A DNA stretch of 64,000 bases from an uncultured Oscillospiraceae bacterium (lineage in GTDB: Bacteria > Bacillota > Clostridia > Oscillospirales > Oscillospiraceae). The notes under the pieces were generated by a model that was not told the origin of the DNA, ran no database searches, and worked only from the letters and a program-made list of their open reading frames with translations. Location: the NCBI GenBank assembly GCA_964434135.1, contig CAYSTN010000001.1:10520-74519 (forward strand). The letters run 5' to 3'. Below, piece after piece: positions 10,298 to 20,080 of this stretch. A program made the position numbers and the translations under genes. Position 1 is the stretch's first letter. Each line of letters begins with the position of its first letter.

Positions 10298-13200
10298 GTG
10301 GAAAGCCACCGCGCAGCAGCGCGCGGCAGCGCTCGACCGGGGCGGTGCGCTGCTTTTGGCAGCGGGCGCAGGTTCGGGCAAGACGAAGGTACTGATCGAC
10401 CGGCTGATGGCCTATCTGACCGACCCGACCGACCCGGCAGACCTGGATGAGTTTCTCATCATTACGTATACCCGCGCCGCAGCGTCGGAGCTGCGCGCGA
10501 AGATCGCCGCGCGGCTGGCGCAGGCCGTCGCTGAAATGCCGCAGAACCGGCATTTGCAGCGGCAGCTCACGCGCGTGTACTGCGCGAAGATCTCCACCGT
10601 CCACAGCTTCTGCCAGAGCGTTTTGCGGCAATATGCCGCCGAAGCCGCGCTGAGTGCGGATTTCCGTGTGGCAGACGAGCAGCAGGCCGCCGCGTTGCGC
10701 GCGCAGACACTCAAGGCTGTGCTGGGTGAACTGTATGAAAAGCTCGACGAACAGCCGGACTTTGCCGCCATGATCGACACGCTCGGCTATGGCCGCGATG
10801 ACCGGAGGCTGCTGGATCTGGCCGAGGAAGGCTACAGCGTCATGCGCTGTCAGGTCGACCCGGAAGCGTGGCGGCGCGCGTGTCTGGACGCTTACGCGCT
10901 GCCGCAGGGCATTGCGGCGGAAGATACCATCTGGGGCGCGTATTTTTTGCAGGAGCGCACACGCGTTTTGCAGCAGGCCGATGCGCTGTTACAGCAGGCC
11001 GAGACGCTTTGCCGCCGCGAGGAAAAGCTGGAAGAAAAGTGCGCGCCGGTTCTGGCAGGCAACCGGCAGAGTCTGCGCGCTCTGCTTGCGCAGACAACGT
11101 GGGACGGCTGCCGCGAGAAGATGGTGCAGAGCTTTGGCGTGATGCGCCCGCCCAGGGGTGCAGCGCAGCTCGAGCGCGTCAAGGCGCTGCGACAGCAGGC
11201 GTGGGAGATGGTCAAGAAGATGCGAAGCTGGTTTTACGCAGACTCTGCGCGCGTGGTGGACGATCTGCGCGCAAGTGTCCCGGCGCTGCGCGGGCTTCTG
11301 GCGCTGCTCAAAGCGTTCGACGAGCGCTTTACACAGGAAAAACGCCGCCGCCATCTGCTCGATTTTTCCGATCTGGAACACTGCATGATCGGGCTGCTCA
11401 CGCAAAAAGGCAGCGGCGCGCCCACGGCTGCGGCAAGGAGCATCGCCGCAGGCTACCGGGAGATTCTGATTGACGAGTATCAGGACTCCAACGCCGTGCA
11501 GGAGTGCATCTTTCAGGCCGTCAGCCGCGGCGGGCAGAACGTGTTTATGGTCGGCGACGTCAAGCAGTCGATCTACCGCTTCCGGTTGGCCGACCCGATG
11601 CTCTTCCTGAAAAAATACGAGAGCTATCCCATGTGCGGCCAGCAGGAAGCCGGTGCGCCGCGCAAGCTGCTACTGTCGCAGAATTTCCGTTCGCGCGAAC
11701 AGATCCTTGCGGCGGTCAACGACGTGTTTTCGCTGGTCATGAACCGCGATTCGGGCGAACTGGACTACACCGAGGCCGAGGCGCTGCGCCCCGGCGCGCA
11801 GTTCCCGCCGCTGGATGAACCGGTGGTCGAGCTGCACTGTTTGAACTATACGGATGCGGATGACGAGGACGAAGGCGGCGATAAGACCGGCGCAGAGGCC
11901 GAGTATGTGGCCGCGCGCATCGAGCAGCTGCTGCGCGGTGGCGCGCAGGTCACGGAAAACGGTGTGCTGCGCCCGGCCAGAGCGTCGGATATCGTGATTT
12001 TGCTGCGCTCGCCGGGCATGATCGCGGGTGTGTACCAACAGGCGCTGCAAGCGCGCGGCATTGACTGCGACGCGGGCATGGGAAGTGACCTTCTGAAAAC
12101 GGCGCAGGTCGAAATTCTGGTGCAGCTTTTGCAGATCATCGACAATCCGCACCGCGACATTCCGCTTGCGGCGGCGATGGCCAGCCCGGTGTTTGCGTTT
12201 TCGCCGGAAGAGCTGGCGCTGCTGCGCGCGGAGAATCGAAAAGACGACCTCTATACGTGTATCACCACGTGTCGTGCGCCGTCGGAAAAGCTGCGGGCGT
12301 TTACCGCGTGGCTTGCGCGGATGCGAACCGAGAGCCGCCGAATGCCGCTGCGGGAGCTGGTCGGACTGGTCATCGACTCGTCCGGACTGGAACAGGTCTT
12401 CGCCGCATTGCCGGACGGCGCGCAGCGCTGCGCCGATCTGGCGGCGTTTGAGGCGTTCGTCGAGACAAACGCGCGCGGTGATGTGCGTACCGTGCGCGAG
12501 CTTGTGGCGCTCGTGGAGCAGCTTATGCAGCGCGGTGCGGCTATGCCCGCCCCGGATACGCCCGTGCGCGCCGACGCGGTGCGCATCATGAGCATCCACA
12601 GTTCCAAGGGACTGGAGTTTCCCATCGTTGTGCTGGCCGATCTGGCGCGGAAGATGAATTTGGAGGACAACAAGCCCGCCGTTTTGACTGACGAGGCGCT
12701 TTTGCTGGGCGCGAACGTGGTCGATCTGGCCAGCCGGTCGTATTATGTCGGTTTGGCGCGCATGGCCATCATGCGCCGCAAGACGCAAAAGACCGTCGCC
12801 GAGGAGCTGCGCGTTCTATATGTGGCGATGACCCGCGCAAAAGAGCGGCTTATCATGACCAGCTGCGCGGCGCACTATGACAATTGGCTGGAAAAGCTGC
12901 GGCAGCTGCTTTCTGTGCCACTTGCGCCGTGCGTGAGCGCCGGGGTGCGAAGACTCGACGAGTGGATCGTGCTTGCGGCCTTGTGCCGGACGGAGTCCGG
13001 GGCGCTGTTTGCGCGCTGCGGCCCGTGCGAGGAAAGCCGTGTCCACGACGATACGTGGCTGGTGCGGATGGAAGATGTCGGCCCGGCCAGACCCGCCGCG
13101 CGCGGCAGCGCGCCGCAGCAGACGATCGTTTCGCAGCCGCTCGATGAGGTGGAGCTTGCGCGCTGCGCTGCGTTTTCCTATCCTCATGCTGCCGCGACGA

Positions 13201-13838
13201 CGCTGCCGTCGAAACTCACGGCTACGCAGCTCAAAGGCCGCGAGCTTGATTTTGAAGCGGCAGAGCAGACCGCATCCTTTGCGCAGCCCGCGCGCGCGTG
13301 GCGCGCACCGCAGTTTATGCGCGACAGACCCTTGACAGGGCGCGAAAAGGGGAACGCAACGCATCTTTTCATGCAGTTTGTCCGCTATGAGGCGTGTACG
13401 ACGCGGCAAGGCGTGCGGCAGGAGCTGGAACGGCTGCAAGCGGAGCGGTTTTTGACCCCGCAGCAGGCGCAGGCGGTCGACGAGGATGCGATCTTGCGGC
13501 TGTTTGCCTCGGAGCTTGGCGCGCGGATTTTGCACGCGCAGCAGCTGCGCCGCGAGTTCAAATTCTCCATCCTCACCGACGCGGCGCAGGTCGATGCGCG
13601 CGCCGCAGGCGAGCAGCTGATGCTGCAAGGTGTGGTCGACTGCTTCTGGCAGGAGCCGCAGGGGCTGGTCATTCTGGACTTTAAGACGGATTATGTTTCC
13701 GGCGATCTGGCTGAGAGGGCTGCGCGCTATCGCCCGCAGCTGCGCGCGTATGCCATGGCGCTCTCACGCATCTACGAGCAGCCGGTCAAACAGACACTGC
13801 TGTATTTCTTCAGCGCCAACGAAGCCGTTGCCATTTGA
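10290..13838 (+). CDS. addA: ATP-dependent helicase/nuclease subunit A (AddA/RexA)
   Basis: Walker A AGAGSGKT, IDEYQD, VGDVKQSIYRFR, MSIHSSKGLEF, LYVAMTRA, C-terminal QGVVD..DFKTD nuclease. Confidence 0.95.
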   Translation: MAEWKATAQQRAAALDRGGALLLAAGAGSGKTKVLIDRLMAYLTDPTDPADLDEFLIITYTRAAASELRAKIAARLAQAVAEMPQNRHLQRQLTRVYCAKISTVHSFCQSVLRQYAAEAALSADFRVADEQQAAALRAQTLKAVLGELYEKLDEQPDFAAMIDTLGYGRDDRRLLDLAEEGYSVMRCQVDPEAWRRACLDAYALPQGIAAEDTIWGAYFLQERTRVLQQADALLQQAETLCRREEKLEEKCAPVLAGNRQSLRALLAQTTWDGCREKMVQSFGVMRPPRGAAQLERVKALRQQAWEMVKKMRSWFYADSARVVDDLRASVPALRGLLALLKAFDERFTQEKRRRHLLDFSDLEHCMIGLLTQKGSGAPTAAARSIAAGYREILIDEYQDSNAVQECIFQAVSRGGQNVFMVGDVKQSIYRFRLADPMLFLKKYESYPMCGQQEAGAPRKLLLSQNFRSREQILAAVNDVFSLVMNRDSGELDYTEAEALRPGAQFPPLDEPVVELHCLNYTDADDEDEGGDKTGAEAEYVAARIEQLLRGGAQVTENGVLRPARASDIVILLRSPGMIAGVYQQALQARGIDCDAGMGSDLLKTAQVEILVQLLQIIDNPHRDIPLAAAMASPVFAFSPEELALLRAENRKDDLYTCITTCRAPSEKLRAFTAWLARMRTESRRMPLRELVGLVIDSSGLEQVFAALPDGAQRCADLAAFEAFVETNARGDVRTVRELVALVEQLMQRGAAMPAPDTPVRADAVRIMSIHSSKGLEFPIVVLADLARKMNLEDNKPAVLTDEALLLGANVVDLASRSYYVGLARMAIMRRKTQKTVAEELRVLYVAMTRAKERLIMTSCAAHYDNWLEKLRQLLSVPLAPCVSAGVRRLDEWIVLAALCRTESGALFARCGPCEESRVHDDTWLVRMEDVGPARPAARGSAPQQTIVSQPLDEVELARCAAFSYPHAAATTLPSKLTATQLKGRELDFEAAEQTASFAQPARAWRAPQFMRDRPLTGREKGNATHLFMQFVRYEACTTRQGVRQELERLQAERFLTPQQAQAVDEDAILRLFASELGARILHAQQLRREFKFSILTDAAQVDARAAGEQLMLQGVVDCFWQEPQGLVILDFKTDYVSGDLAERAARYRPQLRAYAMALSRIYEQPVKQTLLYFFSANEAVAI

Positions 13839-13854
13839 TTGCCGGAAGAATTGC

Positions 13855-13901
13855 AAAAAGCGAAACAGGCAGACCATGGTCATACCTGTTTCGCTTTTTT
13901 T
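13855..13901. terminator. Bidirectional terminator between addA and convergent small ORF
   Basis: AAAAAGCGAAACAGG / CCTGTTTCGCTTTTT inverted repeat with A and T tracts. Confidence 0.75.
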
Positions 13902-13922
13902 ACTGTTTGTGTGCGGATTGAC

Positions 13923-14132
13923 TTACAGGGAAAAATCGGCTGCGAGGCCGTCATCTGTTCCGGGTTTTGCCGGAAGCGGCGGAATGCGGCGCAACGGGTC
14001 ATAACGGAAGCGTCTGCAATGGTGATCGGACGGAACAACGCCGCAGAACTGGCAGATCACGGTTTCGTCATCGATCGTCCCGGAAAACTGGCAATAGGTA
14101 CAGTATCGGTCAATGTTTTTTCGAAAAAGCAT
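13923..14132 (-). CDS. Small Cys-rich hypothetical protein (possible metal-binding)
   Basis: CTYC, CQFC and HHC motifs; purine-rich RBS upstream; ends just before terminator. Confidence 0.65.
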   Translation of the reverse strand: MLFRKNIDRYCTYCQFSGTIDDETVICQFCGVVPSDHHCRRFRYDPLRRIPPLPAKPGTDDGLAADFSL

Positions 14133-14205
14133 GGGCAAGCCGACCTTCTTTCTGGCGGGTTTTCTTTATTATACACGCCTTTGCCGCAAAAAGCTATGGA
14201 ACTTT

Positions 14206-15153
14206 TTACGAAACCGGAAAATCGTTCCGGAAAGGGAAAGCAAGCAAAAATGTGACCGAAGCGCTCACAATGGCCTGAAACATTTTGTACGGCAATAAAA
14301 AGCGGCCGGACAGGCCGTATTCGCCGAGCGCAGCCCGGCTCTGCGCCAGTACGCACAGTCCGCCAAAACAGACAAGCCCGGAGGCGAGGACGAGCTGCCA
14401 CAAAAGCGGCAGCGAAGACGTTTGCAGCGCGGTGCAGCCACCGGAGAGTTCCAGCACGCCAAGCAGCAGCGGCTGCAAAACTGCGGGAAGCCAGCCAAAC
14501 ACCGGCAGCAGAAATTTTCCGGCTACGCAAAAGACCGTGACGAACATACACACGTGCAGAAAGCTGCGCCCGGCGGTCTTTACCGACGCGGAAAAGGCCG
14601 CGCCGAAAGGCGGTGGGGCAGGAAATGAGCGCGCGGGCAGAGCGCAGCGGGGTATTTTTTCGCCCGTGAGACGGCACAGAAGCAGCACCGACAGCAGCTG
14701 CGCGGCAAACAGCAAAAGCCCCAGTCTGGTGCTATGGAACACCGCACCGCCCAGTACGCCAAAAAGAAACGATGGGCCGGCCTGATTGCAGATGGCGGCG
14801 GCGCGTTCGGCTTCCGGTTGGGACAGCTCGCTGCGGGCATACAGCTGTCCAACCGCCTGCGCGCCAGCCGGGTATCCACCGATCAACCCCAACATCAGCG
14901 CGCCCGCAGCGGCGGGTGGGAGACGGAGCAAGACGGCGGCTGGCCGCCGCAATCGGGAAGAAAGGCGCGCACACAGACCCAACCGGACGAACAGGTCGCT
15001 GCACACGAAAAAGGGCAGCAGTGACGGCGCGAGTACCTGCGCCGAGAGAGTCAGCGCGTCGCGCACGCCCTGTGCGGCGGTGTCCGGATAAAGCAGCAGC
15101 AGCGCGAAGACTGCGGCGAGAAGGAGCGCCGAAAGGCGGGGATGATTGTGCAA
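14206..15153 (-). CDS. ylbJ: Sporulation integral membrane protein YlbJ-like
   Basis: PSLLPFF, GLIGGYPAGA, CNQAGPSFLFG, LELSGG, FGGLCVLAQ; AAAGGAGG before TTG 15153. Confidence 0.8.
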   Translation of the reverse strand: MHNHPRLSALLLAAVFALLLLYPDTAAQGVRDALTLSAQVLAPSLLPFFVCSDLFVRLGLCARLSSRLRRPAAVLLRLPPAAAGALMLGLIGGYPAGAQAVGQLYARSELSQPEAERAAAICNQAGPSFLFGVLGGAVFHSTRLGLLLFAAQLLSVLLLCRLTGEKIPRCALPARSFPAPPPFGAAFSASVKTAGRSFLHVCMFVTVFCVAGKFLLPVFGWLPAVLQPLLLGVLELSGGCTALQTSSLPLLWQLVLASGLVCFGGLCVLAQSRAALGEYGLSGRFLLPYKMFQAIVSASVTFLLAFPFRNDFPVS

Positions 15154-15309
15154 AGGGAGCCCTCCTTTGTAAATATGAGAGATGCAATGGCCTGTCAGCA
15201 ACGAGTCATCTATCAGAAAATATGGTCTGTGGAGAAGGAGTATGCTGAGGATTTGCAGGAAAAAGGTGGGATGGATGGGGGCTGCCGCGCTGGCGCGGTG
15301 GCATCGTGA

Positions 15310-15480
15310 TAGGTGCGGTGGGAGCGGGGAAATAATCGGGCGGACAGAGTCGTCCGCCCCTACAACGCTATACGGAAAAATCCCAGAGGCAGAGAGCAAG
15401 CCCTCTCAGGCGGCTGCGCCGCCAGCTCTCCCAGAGGGAGAGCCAAGGGGTGCGGTGCGGCGTGTTAGGTGCGGTGGGAG
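15310..15480. repeat. Composite REP-like palindromic element flanked by 15-bp direct repeats
   Basis: TAGGTGCGGTGGGAG at 15310-15324 and 15466-15480; GTAG+hairpin (minus strand 15338-15363); CTCTCCCAGAGGGAGAG hairpin shared with 54315-54370. Confidence 0.7.
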
Positions 15481-15584
15481 ACTGATTTCAAAATGATTGC
15501 TTAAACCGTTAAAAACGCCGCTATTTCTGATGAAACAGCGGCATTTTTGCGTTTATGTTGCCTGGCTTGGATGCAGCAATACAA

Positions 15585-16610
15585 TCAAAGATCGGGGTTC
15601 AGAGAGAGAACGGATTCGCGTTCGACCAATTCTACGTCAAGCACGAGAGATTCTGCGGGAGAAAGCGGGTCAAGCAGCTGCCGGAACAGGATATCCACGG
15701 CAAGTTTACCTTTCTGTCGTAGATCCTGTGAGATCGTGGTCAGGCGGGGGTTCATTTGCTGGCAGACTACAAGGTCATCGAAGCCGATAATTGAGAAATC
15801 TTCCGGAACGCGAGCACCGGCCTTGCGCAAGCCCTGAATCAGAAACGCTGCGATCTGGTCGCTCGTAACAAAGATACCCGTGATATCTTTTCTGTATCGC
15901 GCAATTTCTTCTCCCAGTGCAAGAATCGCGTCCTGCTCGGTTGCGGACTGGATGGTAAAACAGTTTTCTTTGCCCAGATCAAGCCCGTGTTCTTTGAGTT
16001 CGTCACAGAAACCCGTAAAGCGGCGCTGAACGACACCGTTATTTCGTACTTGCGGGCCTACGAATGCAAGCTTTCTATGGCCACGGTCATAAAAGTATCG
16101 CGCAGCAAGCGCGCCGCCTTTATAGTCGTTGATCCCAACGTTGGACAGTTGGCGCAGGGTGCTGTAGCTATCGACAAAGATCATTGGGATTTCAGACGAG
16201 CGGCACATCGCTTCGATCTCACTGTCAAACATACCGAGGAAGATGCCACCTTCCGCATTCCACGTATGCAGACTCTTGGAGATCTCATATTCAGACTCCA
16301 TGATGTTGAGCATAGCATAATACCCATGCTGCTGGATCTTCTGAATCATGGTTCCAACAAGCATTGCGTTATGTGGGTTTTCCAACGCATTTTCTGCCGC
16401 GCTTCCGCGCAGAATCAACGCAATGATCTTCGAGCTGTTTTTTGCAAGACTCCTCGCTGAGGAATTGGGGACATAGCCCATTTTTTCAATCAATGTCTGA
16501 ATCCGCGCGGCGTTCTCTTTGGATACTTTTGAAAGATTGTTGTTGACGACGTTTGAGACTGTCATGGTGCTGACCCCGGCAGCTTGGGCAATATCCTTTA
16601 ATGTTACCAT
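15585..16610 (-). CDS. LacI family transcriptional regulator
   Basis: VTLKDIAQAAGVSTMTVSNV HTH, GYVPNSSARSL, VPEDFSIIGFDD. Confidence 0.95.
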   Translation of the reverse strand: MVTLKDIAQAAGVSTMTVSNVVNNNLSKVSKENAARIQTLIEKMGYVPNSSARSLAKNSSKIIALILRGSAAENALENPHNAMLVGTMIQKIQQHGYYAMLNIMESEYEISKSLHTWNAEGGIFLGMFDSEIEAMCRSSEIPMIFVDSYSTLRQLSNVGINDYKGGALAARYFYDRGHRKLAFVGPQVRNNGVVQRRFTGFCDELKEHGLDLGKENCFTIQSATEQDAILALGEEIARYRKDITGIFVTSDQIAAFLIQGLRKAGARVPEDFSIIGFDDLVVCQQMNPRLTTISQDLRQKGKLAVDILFRQLLDPLSPAESLVLDVELVERESVLSLNPDL

Positions 16611-16778
16611 TTTTATCCCATCTTCCCGCATTATATACGAATATAGTAAACGAAAACAGCGCACAAATCAAGCATAAAATAGTTTACAGATTGGTTTACA
16701 AACAAACGGAGTTGGAAGAAAAATGCACAGTTTAACCGGTTTGAAATTGTATATGTATATGAAAATGCCAAAACAGGC

Positions 16779-16828
16779 TTGACTTGTGGAATTGATCATG
16801 TAAAATGAAGATGGTTTAGCGATACACC
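16779..16828 (+). promoter_or_regulatory. Putative sigma-A promoter and LacI-type operator of the alpha-glucan operon
   Basis: TTGACT-16 bp-TAAAAT (16779-16806), then near-palindrome GGTTTAGCGATACACC (16813-16828) with central CG. Confidence 0.5.
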
Positions 16829-16852
16829 AAATCAAAAACGGAGGGAAATAAC

Positions 16853-18280
16853 ATGAAAAGAACATTTGCATTGATCCTGGCATTGGCTATGCTGTTGTCA
16901 CTGATAGGCTGTATGTCAAAAACAGAAGAACCCGCTCCGCCTGTTGAATCCGCAGAACCAGCCGCGACCGATAACACGGCCAAAGAACCCGCAGCAGAAG
17001 AAGAAAACGCCCCACAGGCCGAACTGCTCCCCGTGATAGGAGACGTCATTCAGTATGACCCCAACGTTGCGATCAACGACGGCAAGGACATTGAAGTTGA
17101 ACTCTGGTTCTGGTCCGGCGCTGCGAACCTGTTCGAGTCTCTGGCAGATCAGTACACCGCAATCCACCCCAATGTGACCATCACCCTCGTCGAGAACCCC
17201 TGGGATGACTACTTTACCAAGCTGCCTCTTGCGCTTCAGGGTGATGACGGCCCGGCAATTTTCAATGTACACAACAGCAAGCACGACCTGCTCATCGACT
17301 ACATGGCACCGTATGACATTCCGGTCGAGGATATGGAAGCGGACTTTGTCGGTGTTTCCGGTCACCTTGTAGACGGCAAGGTCTACTACACGGACTACGG
17401 TCTTATGACTGCGACCATGTACTACAACACCGATATGTGGGCGGCTGCGGGTCTTACCGAGGCCGACATCCCCACTACCTGGGATGAGTTCCGCGAAGTT
17501 GCTAAGAAGCTCACCATCCGCGACGAAAATGGCGAGCTTGTGCAGGCAGGCTTCAGCTACAACGGCGGCATTCAGGGCGACGTTCTCGGTATGCAGTACC
17601 AGTACGGACAGAACCTCTTCAATGCGGATGGCACGGTTTCCATCAACAACGAGGCGATGAAGAATGTTGTCACGCGCCTGCGCGATCTGTATCTTGTTGA
17701 CGGCGTTTGCGACTACAGCTTCGGCAACAACTCCGGCGACAACTTCGGCCAGGGGCTGGTTGCCATGTACCTCGGCTGGGGCTTCATGACCGGCGTGTTT
17801 AACAACAACTTCCCCGATACCCACTATGACTGCTTTGAGATTCCCACGGTTGATCCTTCCAATACCTATGCATACCACAGATACAACGGCGAGTCCACTT
17901 TCGGCGTCAACAAGAACGCACCTGCTGACCAGCAGGCTGTTGCACAGGACATTGTGCGCTTCTTCCTCGCAAACGACAGCATTCAGAAGGAGTTCTGCAC
18001 GCAGAATGCGGTATTCCCCATGAAAAACTCGTTGCAGAGTGATGCAGACCTGCTTGCTGTTCCCAGCATCAAGGTTCTTGCAGAGCATATTGACCGCTAT
18101 ATTTGGCCGGGCCCGATGCCCAGCACGCTGGAAGACAACATGAAGATCGCTCTGGAAGAGATCTTCTACAACGGCAAGGATGTTGACAGCGCGCTTGCCG
18201 ATTGTGAAGCAGCCATCAACGAAGACCTTGCAACGCTCGATTTCGAGTCTCGCGAACCGCTTTACAAGTACGCAAAGTAA
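16853..18280 (+). CDS. Carbohydrate ABC transporter substrate-binding lipoprotein (CUT1)
   Basis: Lipobox LIGC, acidic Pro/Ala linker, YYNTDMWAAAGL..PTTWDEF motif. Confidence 0.9.
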   Translation: MKRTFALILALAMLLSLIGCMSKTEEPAPPVESAEPAATDNTAKEPAAEEENAPQAELLPVIGDVIQYDPNVAINDGKDIEVELWFWSGAANLFESLADQYTAIHPNVTITLVENPWDDYFTKLPLALQGDDGPAIFNVHNSKHDLLIDYMAPYDIPVEDMEADFVGVSGHLVDGKVYYTDYGLMTATMYYNTDMWAAAGLTEADIPTTWDEFREVAKKLTIRDENGELVQAGFSYNGGIQGDVLGMQYQYGQNLFNADGTVSINNEAMKNVVTRLRDLYLVDGVCDYSFGNNSGDNFGQGLVAMYLGWGFMTGVFNNNFPDTHYDCFEIPTVDPSNTYAYHRYNGESTFGVNKNAPADQQAVAQDIVRFFLANDSIQKEFCTQNAVFPMKNSLQSDADLLAVPSIKVLAEHIDRYIWPGPMPSTLEDNMKIALEEIFYNGKDVDSALADCEAAINEDLATLDFESREPLYKYAK

Positions 18281-18348
18281 GCAAACATTTTATAAGGGCA
18301 CTGGCATGATCGTGTCGGTGCCCTATTTCCCTTGAAAGGATCGTAAAT

Positions 18349-19245
18349 ATGAGAGGAAATATCAGACGGAATCATCCTGCTCAGAGCAAGAGCGAGATCA
18401 TAATGCGCAACATTGTTGTTGCTGCACTTGTCGTTTTCTTTCTCGTGTTCTTTATTCTCCCGATTCTTGCTGTGCTGTTTGGCAGTTTTTACAGATGGAA
18501 TCCGTTGAAAAACCAGATGATCTATCTGGGACTGGACAACTGGAAAAAGGTCTTTACAAGCGACCTGTTCTGGTTGTCCATGAAAAACACCTTTGGTTTC
18601 GCAGCTGTTGCAACTGTGTTTCGTGTTGTGATCGGGCTTGCACTTTCGTGTGCCATATTCTCCAGGCTGATTCGGCACAAGTCCCTTTATCGCGTGCTTT
18701 TCTATCTGCCTACGATCACTCCGCTTGTGGCGGTGACGTTTGTGTGGAAGTTTATATTTGATCCGCAGATCGGCTTTCTGGATCGGATACTCAATTCGAA
18801 TATCAACTGGCTTTTCGATGGCCGTTATGCCATGATCGCCATTCTTATCCTGACAATTTGGAAAGATTTCGGCTATGCAGTGATTCTGCTGCTGGGGGCA
18901 ATGTACTCGCTGCCTACGGAGTGCTATGAGGCCGCGCAGACCGACGGCGCGAGTGCATGGCAGAGATTCCGGTATGTAACGCTGCCGCTGCTGAAGCCTA
19001 CGATCATTTTTATCGTAATCACTTCGCTGATCTCCTATTTCCAGACCTATATTCCGGTCATGGTGCTTACGGGCGGCGGCCCCGGAACACAGACGTATCT
19101 GGCACCGTATCTCATCTATCAAGAGGCATTCTCCAAGTACAATTTCGGTTATGCGTCGGCGCTTTCCTTTGTGCTGTTTGTTTTTATTGCAATACTGACT
19201 GCGATATCCTTTCGGGTATCGGGGCGGAACGAAGGGCAGGTGTAA
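18349..19245 (+). CDS. Carbohydrate ABC transporter permease
   Basis: EAA loop YEAAQTDGASAWQRFRYVTLPLL; TM segments. Confidence 0.93.
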   Translation: MRGNIRRNHPAQSKSEIIMRNIVVAALVVFFLVFFILPILAVLFGSFYRWNPLKNQMIYLGLDNWKKVFTSDLFWLSMKNTFGFAAVATVFRVVIGLALSCAIFSRLIRHKSLYRVLFYLPTITPLVAVTFVWKFIFDPQIGFLDRILNSNINWLFDGRYAMIAILILTIWKDFGYAVILLLGAMYSLPTECYEAAQTDGASAWQRFRYVTLPLLKPTIIFIVITSLISYFQTYIPVMVLTGGGPGTQTYLAPYLIYQEAFSKYNFGYASALSFVLFVFIAILTAISFRVSGRNEGQV

Positions 19246-19249
19246 GATA

Positions 19250-20068
19250 ATGAAAAAGATAAGCTCTGTGGTCTTAAACGCCGTTTTGCTGTTTTTCTGT
19301 CTTCTGGCAGTGTTCCCGTTTATCTGGATGCTCTGCTCCTCGTTCAAGACCAACGCCGAAATCAGCTCTCTCGCACAGACGTTGTTTCCACAGCATTTTT
19401 CTTTTCAGAATTATTCCGATGTCCTGAACAAGTTTGACTTCTTCCGCTATTTTGGAAACAGCCTGGTTTACGCACTGCTCATCACGGTCATAACCGTGTA
19501 TACAAGCGCCCTTGCAGGCTATGTGCTTTGCAAATTCCGATTCAAAGGACGCGATGCGCTGTTTACGATGATCCTGATGACGATGATGATTCCCGGCGTT
19601 GTTACCCTGATCCCCAGATACAGCATCATGCAGTCGCTCAAATGGCTCAATACCTATCAGGCACTGATCGTTCCGAGTATCTTTACGGCGTTTGGCATCT
19701 TTATGATGCGGCAATCCTGCTCTGTTATCCCCGATGAACTCATAGAAGCAGCGCGAATAGACGGAGCAAATGCGTTTTTTATTTTCCATCGCATCATCAT
19801 TCCCCAGTTGAACAACGCCATCGTTTCCATGTCCGTTTTTCAGTTTCTTTGGGCGTGGGATGATTATCTCTGGCCGTTCCTGATGATCCGCGATACGGAA
19901 AAGCAGCTCCTGCCGGTTGCGCTGAATCTCTTCAGCGGGCAGTATTCCACGGACTATGCCGGCCTGTTCGCCGCGACGAGCATCGCGATCATTCCCGTCG
20001 TGATCTTCTACATCATTTTCCAGAAGAAGTTTATTGCAGGCGTTTCTTCGTCTGCGATCAAGGGCTAA
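19250..20068 (+). CDS. Carbohydrate ABC transporter permease
   Basis: EAA loop ELIEAARIDGA; WDDYLWP; QKKFIAG..AIKG. Confidence 0.93.
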   Translation: MKKISSVVLNAVLLFFCLLAVFPFIWMLCSSFKTNAEISSLAQTLFPQHFSFQNYSDVLNKFDFFRYFGNSLVYALLITVITVYTSALAGYVLCKFRFKGRDALFTMILMTMMIPGVVTLIPRYSIMQSLKWLNTYQALIVPSIFTAFGIFMMRQSCSVIPDELIEAARIDGANAFFIFHRIIIPQLNNAIVSMSVFQFLWAWDDYLWPFLMIRDTEKQLLPVALNLFSGQYSTDYAGLFAATSIAIIPVVIFYIIFQKKFIAGVSSSAIKG

Positions 20069-20080
20069 GGAGGGTTTTCT

